Shown piece after piece: positions 1 through 13,800 of a DNA stretch of 64,000 nucleotides. Location: contig NC_069007.1 of assembly GCF_001194135.2 (NCBI RefSeq), positions 3,740,225 to 3,804,224 of the forward strand, read 5' to 3'. The notes under the pieces were generated by a model. It did not search any database. It saw only the letters and a program-made list of their open reading frames with translations, and was not told where the DNA came from. The stretch is from Octopus bimaculoides (Eukaryota). Each line of letters starts with the position of its first letter. Position 1 is the stretch's first letter. Position numbers and translations under genes: made by a program.

Positions 1-314
1 TAGCTTATGTCAACTTGCTTCTAATCCTTACTTCTTTGGGTGTTTTATTAGATTTGAAAACAAAATTACAACCCAATTATATCCTAATACTGCTAGAACT
101 GAATTATTGCAAAGAAAATCAGTTTCAGTTAGTAAATTTTCGACAATTTATGCATACCACTTCTTATCATGACAAAATGGTGTTTATTGTAGGAGAATAT
201 GAAAATGAATGAGGAAAATGCTAATAAAAACACAGGGAGAGGAGTGGGGAGGCGAAGAAATATGAAGATAGGCAAATTAATAGAGGCTAGTTAGTTAAGG
301 TGGAATACAGAATG

Positions 315-516
315 CTAGAAACTCTGGGTATATTTTTTAAAAGAGGTGGGTAAAAATGAATAATAAACAGAATGTTTACTGATAAAATGTCATTTGTCTT
401 CAATCCTTGCTTTTATCTCTTCATTATTTACCAAATAGATTTCATGATACAGCTAGCTGTAAGGTATGCAGTGCCATCTCAGAACTGCACAAAATTCCAT
501 AATACAGAAGAGAAAA
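315..516. repeat. arm 1 of a ~200-bp inverted duplication (partner 23709-23909)
   Basis: Five substitutions and one indel by hand alignment. Confidence 0.95.
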
Positions 517-3465
517 CTAAATTCCCCATTATATATAATATATAAAAAAAACGGTATGGCTTTCATCCCAACCATGTGGTCTCAAGTTCAGTCCCACCAT
601 GTGGTACCTTGGGCAAGTGTCTACTATAGTCCCAGGCAGACCAATACCTCATGAATGGATTTGGTAGACAGAAATCGAAAAAGCCCATCATGTGGCGGGG
701 AGAGAGTACACTTGTCTCAACATCATGTGATGGCCATAAACAAGCGTCACCATCACACAAGTTATGTTGTTTGTTTACAGAGTTCCATGAAAACCATGTC
801 TGGCCATGGAGGAAATACTACTTTGCTTGAAAACAGGTGAGGGTGACAGGAAGGGCATCCAGCTGTAGAAAACCGGCTTCAACAAATTCCATCTGACCCA
901 TGCAACCACGCATGTGTGTGTGTGTGTAAGTGTATGTGTGTATATATGTGCATACACATACAAGCAGACACTAATTATGAATCCAGGTAGAAGACAAAAA
1001 TATAATAAGCAGAGCACTAAAAAGGGACCAGAGAGATTGTAGCAGCATGAGTGTTTAGTCTTTGAAACCAAGTCAGGTTTTATACATTGGTGCATAATCC
1101 CTATTAGTACTTGAAGCTGAGAGAGAGAGCTTTTGATAATGAGGGAGATATTTTTGTCTGCCTATCAACGGTTACAACAGTAAGGTTAAGATATTAATAA
1201 AGGTAGAAACTAGATGACAGGTATTAATAGATTGAGAGCTGAAGTAATAACTGCAACAGTTACACAAGATGGAATCCTGTACACACAGGCTGTTTGTTTG
1301 GTTACATACCAAACATCTAAGGGTGCACCTTTGAGGTCACACAATCTGCTAAAAATAGCAGTGAAATATCCCACAACTCCCACCCAGCTGTGTTTGAGTA
1401 AAATAGATAGGATGCTCACATTTATAACACGTTTAATGATAGGGTTGCTTGATTTAAGACTCACTGTGGCAGGGGGCGGGGAGGTTCAACAACAACAAAT
1501 ATATTTTCGTATGTTGAGCGGTTCAGGTATCTAAAACAACATAACTATATAGAGTCACCCTTGTTGGTGTGACATGAAGGAATGAAAATTATCTGAAAGT
1601 TTAGGGCAGAACCCTGTTACTACTGTTTTATAACTGAACTGAGGTGGGGAGAGGCGCTTCAAGGGGTCAATCTACTTGCTAGAAATAGCAGCAAAATCTC
1701 TGACTATCTTAAAACAAAAATACACTGGATAAAGAGTTGTAGGTAGTTATCGCAGCTGATCTCGGGGGCTAAGCAACAAGGTTCTTCATTCAAATGATCA
1801 GATTAGCTGCCAGGTTTCTTTATGCAGGGCAGGCATAAATGTCACTTTAGCCTGAGTAGCATCCATGTGCAGTTATGACAAGACAAATGCAAAATTGCAT
1901 GCATGCACACAAGTGCACACACACACACAAAGCAAAAGCCACCAAGGGAACTACATCAGTGACAAATTTGAAGTATTTTAGGTTTGGGACAAGACTTGAA
2001 AGTTAACGTTCTTTCAAGAACTCTTTTTTTTTAAATTGCTTAATTAAAAAAAAATTTCATTAATACTAATTAATATTAATGATTTTTTTTCCTTTTAAAT
2101 ATTTGAAACAAGATTTTGGTTTTGTACATTTTACAACAACCAAGCTGCATGTTTAGTCTATTATACTGACCCCAGTTTCTTGTTTGGTACTCATTTTATA
2201 AGCCCCCATAAAGGGAGTCAAGCAAAGTTAACCTAGGAGTAAAGGGATCTAACAGCAGTATAATAGCATACTAGGTTTATCCCAAGGCAATGTGTGTGTG
2301 TATGCATACATATATAGTATATAGTATATATATAATAAAAGGGGTAAAGACCTCCCCCCGCTCAAACATTAATGACCATGGGACTACACATAGGAAGTTC
2401 CCCTCCAAGGCACAAGTCCAGGCAAGGTTGTTTATGGAAGACCAGCAGTTTCCCATACCACTGATACTATCCGAGGGAAAGACAAAGGCTGATGCAGCTT
2501 GGCACCAGCAATGTTGCAACTCATTAACTGAAGCAATGTGAAATAAAGTGTCTTGCTCAAGAATACAACACACAACCCAGTCTGGGAATCAAACTCACAA
2601 CCTCATGATTGTAAGCTCAACACTGCAACCAATGAGCCATGTGCTTTTACATATACATATATATATATATATATATATAATATAATAATATTAATATAAT
2701 AGATACACATACACATGTATACAAAACTTCCATGCTTCCTGAAATTCACCAATAATACACCTGATGTCTGCCACCTATTTTTTTGAAACAACTCATTCAC
2801 TGTTCACTGCCTGTTCATTATTCCATGTATTATTCCATGCACTTTTGGCTACTTTTTCTAAAGAGTCATAGTGCAGCACCCTAAGCACGGTATACCCCAA
2901 GTTCGTTATTATTTTTTACACGCACACATATGCACATGCACAAATACACTTCTTACTAGTGAAGAAGTATTCTCGGTACTATAATAAATAGACCCTCTTC
3001 TTTATTGGGAACTTCCCCACTTCTCAAATCAAAACATACATGTACACACACTCACTCTTTCTTCACCCACCCCCCTCTCTCTCACAAAAATTTCCACTAT
3101 TGTCTAATTCTGCTCAGCAGTCAATTAATAGCAGGTAGAAAGATTTTTCAGAAAACTATTTACTAAAAGCAATCAATTACTTCCCAGTTTAAAGAGGGAA
3201 ATTTTCAGTCCATATTCTAAATTTATTGGACATAAAGTAATCCTTTATCTAATAAATACCTAATTTAAGACATTATTTTAAACTTCCATGCTTCCTGAAA
3301 TTCACCAACTGTACACCCGATGCCCCATTCCCCCATTTTTTTTTACTGTTCATTTACATTCCATGTTGTAGTGCACCTGAGCACTGCATGTTTCTAAAAC
3401 AAATTAAGTTCTTGATCATGTTCCTCGTTAAAGAAGCCAAATACAATGATAACCAATAATGATAA

Positions 3466-3517
<52 letters not shown>

Positions 3518-4116
3518 GTTTCCTAAATGAAGTTTATTAGTCTTAATCAAATAATTAAAAATTTAATTTTATCCTAAATAAAATTTATCTGTCATTAACA
3601 GAACTGAAAAATTTTGTATGACTTAATCATGAATTCATTAGTTTAAAATATATTGAAAATCATTAATTAGCATTACTTAATCCCAAAAGACAAAAAAAAA
3701 AAAAATTATATATATATATATATATACAGAGGATAATTTCAACAAAAATATAAATAACATCACAGGTTTTCAATTTTATTTTTAAATTAAAAAAAAAAAT
3801 TCATGTACAGCTTAAGACTGATTCTATAAAATAGATATAATTTTAATAGCCTTTTTTTTTGTTAACCTAATGGAAACATTATACCATATTTTTAGTAAGA
3901 TTAACTAGTAAGATTAACTAGTAATGTTTCTAAAGAAAGGAGTTAGCTGGTATCAGTATAATTCTGCTTTTAATCACGTTACCTCTATTACTAAACCATA
4001 ATTCTTTTTTTTTTTAATACTATTAATAACTAACTTTAACTAAAGAATCTGAAAGGACTAAAACAATCACGTTTCGTAGCATAACTTGATAGATATTTGT
4101 TTTCTTTTCAACTTAC

Positions 4117-4141
4117 CTCCATAAGATCTTGGTGATACTTG
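4117..4141 (-). CDS. boule: boule exon 7 (25-nt microexon): QVSPRSYG + 1 nt
   Basis: Very strong acceptor cttattttattttttctttccttttcag and donor GAG|gtaagt; KQ-QVSPRS resembles vertebrate KQQVGIPRS. Confidence 0.8.
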
Positions 4142-4557
4142 CTGAAAAGGAAAGAAAAAAATAAAATAAGTGGTTTTGTTGTTGAAAAGAATCCATCAAC
4201 TTAATTTACTTATAGGGAGAAACAGAGACAAATTAAAATCCTGGCTTTAATAATGTTCATGTGTCATAAAATGGAGAGGAACACAATTGAAGACCATCTT
4301 ATGTCAGTCTAACAGAACCTCTGTAATTCCAAGACATTCCTCATGGAACAATTCAACTCAGTATTGTGAACCTAACAACAGATTCATAAAGTTGACAGTG
4401 TTGCCATTTCCTTACATTAATGAAGTATACAACTTGGGGGGGGGGGATGCACATAGCTAGGTTGGACTGTGTCGTTAATAAAATTACTTTTGAGCCATGA
4501 ACACATCACAGCAGCAGAGGCAGTAAAAACCTTCAGACTTACAACCCCATGGCTGCA

Positions 4558-4619
<62 letters not shown>

Positions 4620-4897
4620 TGAAAGCCAAGTACCTGGGGTTTCAACTCCATATTTCAATATAATTTTTGAAAGCTTTCATATATATATTTAGTGATGCAG
4701 GAATTAACAACACATGATAAAAGATGTCTTACCTCTGCAGCTCCCTGAGCATAAAGATCTGCAAGTAATTGTGTCGTCATATGAACCTATGAATTTAACA
4801 AAAAAAATTATCGTTAATTGAACTGATTCATAAAGCTCCTTATTCAATCAACATATTACAAAAGCAGAAAAATGCATGCAAAGACACACACACACGT

Positions 4898-4937
<40 letters not shown>

Positions 4938-7900
4938 TAGAAGGAAGTAGAAAGAATATTTTGTAAATATCGTAAGAATTCTCTTTTGTTGTGGATCTTA
5001 CAGAAGATAAAGATATAAATAACAGGGGTAAGCACTGAGTAACAAAATTCTTTGAATGTTGCCCATGGAACACAAATGCACATCTCCTGTGACGTGGTGA
5101 TAATATTTCTTTGTGCAAGAGATTAACTAAATCCTGCATCCAAGGATAAGTACTGACCCCGTGTCACTTGTGCCAAACCAACACAAATAAAAGAATGGGA
5201 CTGGCTCAGCACAAAAACCATGCCCACTAAAATGATATCATTACACAGGTTATTCAGCAAACCAAGAAACCACTAAGCAACAAAAGAGTTCTCACAGACA
5301 CAGTCCTTCTACATCAACAGTCAACCATCAGATCATATTTGAAAACCATTTTTACAAAACTTAGAAAGGAGATTTATTTTCACAATAAAATAAAATCAAG
5401 GACTTTGAGTCAGCACCTGTTTTCTAATGGCTGGTCCAATATTTAGTTTTCTGTCTTTGAAAATTAAATTTTCAGCCTGAAGAAAAAGAAAATAAGAAAA
5501 TAAAACATACATTTATTGATGCAAATCAGTTCGTTCAAGATTAAGATAAAAAGAAAGAGAAAGATTCAAGCTGATAAATAATCTGTTGGATTAAAAATTC
5601 TATTAAAAAAAAAAAAGGCTGCTGTTTTCTTTTCTTACATATTGCCATTGAGAATGTAATGTGATGTTTTATTGGAACATTCAAAGATTTACAAGAAAAA
5701 AAGGAAAATGAAATATACATTTTTTTTTCCTTTCATATAGTTTTCTGTGATAGCAACACATGGATTGATGTATAAATCTAGAATATTTTTCTTTTACTTT
5801 TGTGTGTCTGAAGAGGAAAGGATGTTCTGATCACTCCGGAAAATAAAAAGGGTGACCAGATAAACTGGGTGCAATGTAGAATGTCAGTGTAAATGCTGGA
5901 ACACAAAAGACACAGATCTAAAAGACAACCATTTGTACAAAAGAACCAACTGCTTGTTCTAATAGCTGAGCAGTTGAGCAAAACATGTAGGAACCTTTAC
6001 ATGATTATTAGAGCTGTTTACAAATTAACAGTCGAATCTCCATCAAATTACTATACCCTTACCATCTTCAAAAGGGGAAGTCACAGTAATGGAGAGATTA
6101 TAGTTTGATCCCCACTGATTGAAAGTTTACACATAATCACTTTTGTGGTGACTTGTGTGCCTAAATGACCCCCAAGAGCTATGCCAGCAAAGTGAAAGCT
6201 TCTAGTAGGGCCTGCTCCCATGCTGGACAAGTCAATGAATAGCCTATGCCAGACTAATAAGGATCTATCACTCCCCATAGGTACAAAATGGGTTTGTGCA
6301 GGGTTGATACCCTACCAAGGAAGAAGGCAAAGTTACAGAAGCTTCTCTGACAATTCAAAGCCAACAAGACTTAAGAGAGGGAGGCCTTCTCTAAGGGAAA
6401 GACAGTGCAGAGTTGAGAACAGTGGAGAAAAGTCATTGGTAGCCTATGCTGCACAGGGAGTGAGGCGTTTAAGTAGTCAAGATTGACTGGAGACTAAACA
6501 ATAGTCAAGTAAAAACTAATAGCAGTTAGGTAAATCGATGGTAACAATTCTATAGACAGGTTTACATCACAAACGTAAAGCATTTAGCAACCACACCCTA
6601 AAAACACGTAACATCTTTTCATGTATCCTTATACTCTACACCTGTAAACAACATTTTTTGTTTACAATAATTCTTAAACATTTACTTTTAACCCTGCAGT
6701 CACAAAAAGTATTATCTGTATCCCCACCTTATTATACTGTTTCCCATCTTTCCTAATTAGCTTTTTTAGTGTTGGGATTGGATTTCATTTGAGTCGCTTC
6801 CCTTTGCATATTAAGATGTCCTACGTTTACTCTCTTCTCTTATGTTTGTTCTGTTTGGTGTTAATAGAGCAGCGTTTATACTATATAATCTGGTATAAAT
6901 TTTTACTAGATACAGAATGACCAATTCCAATGAGCCTAGGGTTAATAATATCACAGTATCTATTTTCCCTTCAAAGAGACACCTGTCCATCACAAGGTTT
7001 ACTCATTTACAGCTGAACGGACTGAAACAACATCGCCCAGTTTAGGAATCAAAACAATGATTTTACGATTGTGTTTAATCACTTCTCGTGCAACTAGCTG
7101 TAAGTAAGTACCACAATATAACTTGCAATATTTCACATTCCCAGGGTAGCAAGCTGGCAGAATCTTTAGCACACCAGTGAAAATGCTTAGCAGTATTCTG
7201 TCTGTCTTTATGTCCCGAGTTCAAATTCTGCCGAGGTTGACTTTGCCTTTCATCTTTTCCGTATTGATAAAAATAAGTAACAGTGAAACACTGGGGTCAA
7301 TGTAACTGACTTACCCCGCTAGCCACAAAGTTGCTGGCCTTGTGCCAAATTTTGAAACCGATATTCTATCTATTCCATCCCAACTTGTGTGTCTAAAGCT
7401 TGGAGACTCATCTATTACATGGAAGATAAGCTAATAATAACAGTGCCTTATATGTGATGCTGTTATGTTCAATGAAAGCATAACCAGACAAGCCAGAGGT
7501 TCGGTAACAAGAAGAGATCAACAAACTGAGCAACATGAACCTGGGATGCTAAAATAATACAGCTGTGGGTATGTAATATGTATCAATATTATTGTTATTG
7601 TTTCGTCCTTGGCAAGATCTATGCATACAAAGCACTCTCCTCTTTTAGTTTTCACATATATTGTATTTATGACAATGTGTCCTTTATTTATCAAAATATT
7701 TTTTTTTAGGGAGATTTGGCTGCTATTACTAGCAGGTCAAGTGAGATGCTCCTGTTTCACCTCACAGGCATAACATTTTGGCAAGATGGTGAATAGCAAA
7801 ATGTTATATTTCAGCTTAAAAGATGCGATGAAATAGGGAGTGGCAACTGGAGTAACGCTGCTGTACACACCTAACGAACCCATGCCAGTATGGAAAACAT

Positions 7901-10344
7901 TAAACAGATGATGCTAACATGGAGGTGATGGCAAGGTTCTCTTGCTTTACTACTGTCACACTGTTCCACTTCTAAAACCTATGAACCAAGCCTTTCTTTC
8001 CCCCAACCCCCAACTGCAAGTGCAAGTGCAACACGTATAAGTATTAAGAGGAAGGCAACTAGATGAAACTAGATGAAACTACACATCTATGTCAAGTAAC
8101 AAAAACAAAACAAATCAACATTTCATGAAAGAAAACCAAGTTAGTTATCTGGCACCAAAAAAACACACATTAACTTTTATGTTCATCAAACAAATGACTG
8201 TTCATAAAACATGATTGATCTGTGAGAGAGTGTACTAGAAATGTCCTCATAAGTATACACACACACACACACACACTCAGTAAAATGAATTTCCACCAGT
8301 TTCTTCTGGAGAATTCAGTTTTTCAATCAATTAAAACTACTTACTCTATGTATCATAGTGAAAGTGAATCTTCTTTTATTTGTTTCAGTCACCGGACTGT
8401 GGCCATGCTGGGGCACTGCCCTGAAGGTCTTAGTCGAACAAATCAACCCCAGTACTTGTTTTTTAAGTCTTAGCACTTATTCTATTGGTCAATTTTGCTG
8501 CTACGTTATGGGTGTGTAAACAAACCTACACTGGTTATCAGGCGGTGGTGAGGAACAAAGATATACACATCTACACATGCGCACGTGTAACAAACTTCTA
8601 TCAGTTTCCTGTCTATCAAATTCACTTGTGTGCCCAGGGTCTAATAATGGTGCAGTGCAGTGGGATCCAAAACAACGTGATTGCAATGGGAGCTGCTTAG
8701 CTGCCCCAGCCAAGCCTGCCCGAGTATTCCACAAGCATTTACACTTTAATGTAATTCTCAGATAGAATTAGTGTAACATGGCTGGCCCTTTCAATTACAA
8801 GTGCAGTCCATTCAACAGGGTTTTTCAAGTTTCTATCGACTTAATTTCACTCACAATGGTTAGGTCATGGCAAAATGGTGAAAGTGGGATCAAACTCGAA
8901 ATCTCATAACGAACTTTCTTAACCACTTAAGTCATGTCTTCAGCCATTTACTTTACAACTATTTGGTATCGTTGATTCTATGCTGACTTATTTGACATCA
9001 GACATTTTAAAAATTCTCTTAGGACAGCCATTGCTATTGATAATTAGGTCCCCAAAATATGCATGCAACACACACACACACACACACACTGATAAATGCT
9101 AATTTAAGTAAAACAAAATAAAACCCTCGATAGGAAACTAATTCTATAATATGCAATGTATAAATGTAATAGATCGATTATTCTACAGCAAACACACAGA
9201 AACTGTACTATTAAATTCACTCTTTATACCACTTATAGCCAGTACAGCCACTCTTAAACATTACCAACGCTTCTACATTAGCAATCTCTCACCTACTTCT
9301 CATTGGTTAACACATTTTGTTTCAAAAGCACTTTGAAGCCTTAACTGATTCTTCTTTTTTATGACCTAGAGGAGAAAGGGCAACTCTTACGATTACTTTT
9401 TTATGGATTTCTAAGACTGCAGGAATTGAATGCTTGCAACAGAGTGGACACCACAAAAGACATGAAGGGACAAATATCTGTATCATCCAAGAACAGAGAC
9501 AGTCCCTCTCAACCTGAGACTGTAAGTAGAAGAAAACTCGCTACAGATACTTTACAGTAGGACTGAATCTAAAACTACATTGAGGTGAAGCTAACGCTTT
9601 AGTCGCACAGCCATGCATGCCAGTTGACAAGATCTTGGACTGAAAAAAAAATCTGCACTGAAAAAAACAAACCAGCTGCTAAAATTGTTTAGACACTAAG
9701 TCCAAGACAGTATGAATGTGAGCTAAACAAGAATTTAACACTTTTTTAGAATAGAAAATTTATCCAAAGGATGCTTCATGAGTTTAACTCGAAATCATAT
9801 TATCATCTAAATTTAACTCCAATTTAATTAATGATCCATTAAGAATAGTTCTATAAAATGCCTGGGCAAAAAAATTTACCTGAAAAAAATCTGAAAGTGA
9901 TGAAATAATCCTGAAGTTGAATGATTACATCAATATATCAGTAGTGGAGTTGTTACTGTTAGAATTGGGATCTGTGCTGCCGGTCGTCTTGTGCAACTTT
10001 TATATTTCATGAAGAAGAAGGTCAATAACAATTTCAGGGGTAGGGATCAGTCAATTGCATCACCCTCAATGCTCAACTGAAACTTATTTCATCAACCTCA
10101 AACTCATCAAGGAAAAGCAATAAATCAACCTTGACGAATTCACCTAACCCGACTTCGGATGAAATGCCACTAGGCATTCCTGGAAAGGAATGAGTGAACA
10201 ATGAATTTGGTCCTGACATGTCTGTATATGAGAGAGAGTGGGGGGAGAGGGAAGATAGGTAAGTAGGTACACAGGAAATGGAGGAAGAGAAAGAAGAAGA
10301 GACAAGGAGAGAAAGAGGAAAGGGAAGGAAAGTCAGAGATGAAG

Positions 10345-10386
<42 letters not shown>

Positions 10387-10827
10387 NNNNNNNNNNNNNN
10401 NNNNNNNNNNNNNNNNNNNNNNNNNNNNNNNNNNNNNNNNNNNNNNNNNNNNNNNNNNNNNNNNNNNNNNNNNNNNNNNNNNNNNNNNNNNNNNNNNNNN
10501 NNNNNNNNNNNNNNNNNNNNNNNNNNNNNNNNNNNNNNNNNNNNNNNNNNNNNNNNNNNNNNNNNNNNNNNNNNNNNNNTGGTATTTGACTCTTTACCAA
10601 AGAAAACAATATTTTTTTTTTCTATACTAAATATCATTTAATATGCAAGCTAATTAAATTATCTTTATAAGGAGTTTACATGCTTAAAAAAAAGGAAGTA
10701 TTTTTTTTTTTCTTTTCTGAAAACATCTCAGCTATTTTCAACTTCTGTTTATATTCCCCCACACACCCATAACCCATTCACTATACAAGAGAGAGAGAAA
10801 GACTGTGTGTGTGTGTGTGTGTGTGTA

Positions 10828-10888
<61 letters not shown>

Positions 10889-13800
10889 ACAGGTTCAAAG
10901 TGAAATGAAATGTTATTTGGTTACTGTCATGATTCTATCAATGAAATAAGTAACCAAACGAAAGTGAAAGTGTTCCAATTGCAAATTGAAACTAAATTGC
11001 ATAATATGCATCTATATCTAAGGCAGCTATAACAGATTTACTTATTTCCTGGTTGTTTTAACTTATACTGCTCACCATTAAACTAAGCTTTCCCAACACA
11101 AACAAGGAATAATAATCTGTTCATCTTCTCCACCCACTACTTGTAGGAGGCTTTTAGGGGTGGAGTCCTCAGGCACCTTCTCCATAGGGTCCTATCAGAA
11201 GCAGCTGTCATTAGACTTTCTGGCTGGATTCCAAAGTGCAACCAACTGAGACTATGGATATTATCCAACCATTTTGTTCTTCGTCTATCCCTAAATCGCC
11301 CGCTGGTTGGCTCAGCTTGAAGAATCTGTCTTGCGATTCTTTCTTGTGACATTTTAATCACATGTTTTACAGCACTAGGGCTGTGATCTCTCAATGCAGA
11401 GAAGTAGGAGCTGGGCCTGGCGAAACCCTCTGATCCCTGAGCTACATCCTTAGAGCACCAGTCTTATATTTGCTAAATCTACAATTTAGATATATATAAC
11501 ACTAAACATACTGTGGTAAGCACCAAGGAGATTTTAAGGAGCAGCATCTAGTTCTGGTTTCATGGAATTCAGTATCTTTTATCGTTTACTTGTTTCACTC
11601 ATTATCCTGTGGCCATGCTGGGGCACTGCCTGAAAGGGGTTTAGCTAAATGAACCGACTCCAGCTTGGGATTTATTCTATCACTCTCTTGCCAAACCAAT
11701 AATTTATGGGGACATAAACAAACCAGCATTAGTTGTTAAACAGTAATGGAAGACAAAGACAAACGCACACACAAAATGATGGGCTTCCACACAGTCTCCG
11801 TCTATTAAATTCACTAACAAGGCATTAGTCAATCTGGGGCTACAGAAGAAGACACTTGTCCAAGGTGTCATGCAGTAAGGCTGAACCTGGAAGCATGTGG
11901 CTGGAAAGCCAACTTCCTACCACACAGCCATGCCTGTGTCAATCCCAGTTATCATCTCAGTCTGCTTTGTCACTGGAGATAGATTCTGAGATTGAACTAG
12001 GTGATATGGTAACGCAGGGCTGACAGACAAGTGTCATGAGAATAAAGTAGGGAATAAACCAATTTCCCCACAAAGACAATAAATAAAGCACATGTAGTGG
12101 ATTTATATTCTTGATGTATAATCAAGTAGATCAATACTTTACTAGTCCACCATCTCACTTCTATATCTCTGTTCAAACAACATATACACACTCATTTCAC
12201 ATTTATCTACAGCACTCACGCTTTCTTATATATATATATTATTTTATTTTTAAATAGTTATTATGATAAAACTGAAATTAGTCAACAACAGCGAAATGTT
12301 ATTGAGGAAGGATAGCCATCCATCTATGTAAGAAACATCTGTCAACTTAAAACTGTTTACTAATTGCAAATTAACCATTTCAGTCATTTGTAGTTAATGA
12401 ATTAGTCAGATGTTTCTATTAAAATTAGTCAAAAAAAAAAAAAAATTGGTGATATCATTTTTTAATCAATAGAAAAATATTTTTTTTCTACATATATATG
12501 TATATAATTTTTTTTCAGAAAGGAGTATCTGGTACATATTTTATCTTCAAAAATAAATACTTGATGAAATTATATCAAGATGTATATACGATGGAGTATC
12601 ATTAACTGAAATGGCAGGAAGTAGAGTAACACTTGCAATCCTAATAAAATGATATCAAGTTAATAAATCAGAAACAGTAAAATGTTTAGTTTTAAATGTG
12701 GATTGCAATAATTAAATTATCAGCAAAAAAAAAAAAAAAATTAAATTGAAATTAAAATGCTCAAAGATAGTAAATTACAACCAAAGCACTAAAAATTAAA
12801 CTTAAAACAAAATTCTAACAAAAATTGAAAGAATACTTTTTGTTTAATAAGTGTTTGAAGCCTTAAGCATTTTTCCATAATTATGGAAAATGAGAAATTT
12901 TTCTAGTAAGACAGCATTAGTTTTGTTTTACTAATAATTTTTATTATTTTTTTTTAAATGCTCCTAAACTTATTAACATCTCTGGACCTTCTCAGCCTCA
13001 TCTTCAGGATAAAATCATCATAATGGTGCTTGTATTGCCACATTTTTGTAGTAGGCAGCAAGCATCAATGGAATGATGCAATGGCAAAAATCATCATCAC
13101 CAGATTTAAATTAACTTTTAAAATTTGTTAAGTATTCCCACTATTGCTGTGTGTTGATGTTTGTTTGGTAGTTTTTGCTATTTAATAAAGAATCCACAGC
13201 TAATTCCATAAATATATCAGATAGATAGACTGGTAGTGTTAACAAAATCATATTTCTCTATTTAGTTTTGTTTTCTATTCTATAATGGCAATGTGCTGTG
13301 TCTCCCAATAAATACAAATATATATACACACACACTTTACAACATGAGTGTTTAATTTCTATTATGTATAGATATATGAGAATGCTTGTCACAGATAAAT
13401 ATATATGTGAATGTGTATTTTTTTTTTTTTTTTTTGTTGGTCTTTTCCTTTTAAAAACTTTCCTTAGTCTGTTACTGGATTCCTTATGTCTATATTGAAC
13501 CGTATCTCTATCTAGTCATAAGTCCAGGAACAAAATTTGCTTCGGAGGCAAATTTTTCAGGGGGATATTTTCAAAGCGTTTTCGTTGCCCCACCAAAATT
13601 TTAAGGTGGTGTGCTCGCATTCCCTCTTCCTAAGCCTATGTATCTAGTCGATCAATGGAGACTCTATAAATATAACCAACATAAAGAATGCTTCTGCAAT
13701 AGTACTTAAAGCGATATGCATATGTATGCACATGTACACGTTACATATTTACATGTATATATATACATATATAAAATACATGCATACTTTACATAGAAAT

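Noticed and set aside
1-4110. Search for the next boule exon (phase 1, expected Tyr/Asn/Gly-rich DAZ-like region)
   Set aside because: Candidates near 30-90 and 157-220 give non-Boule-like peptides; the exon probably lies left of the window.
9900-10230. Ser/Thr-rich plus-strand frame (ISSTSNSSRKSNKSTLTNSPNPTSDEMPLG) and a strong minus-strand acceptor at 10222
   Set aside because: Bounded by stops, no recognisable homology; the acceptor comes from a GA microsatellite and hits a stop in the boule frame.
13532-13556. Hairpin aaaatttgc-ttcggag-gcaaatttt
   Set aside because: Short AT-rich stem with no context suggesting an RNA gene.
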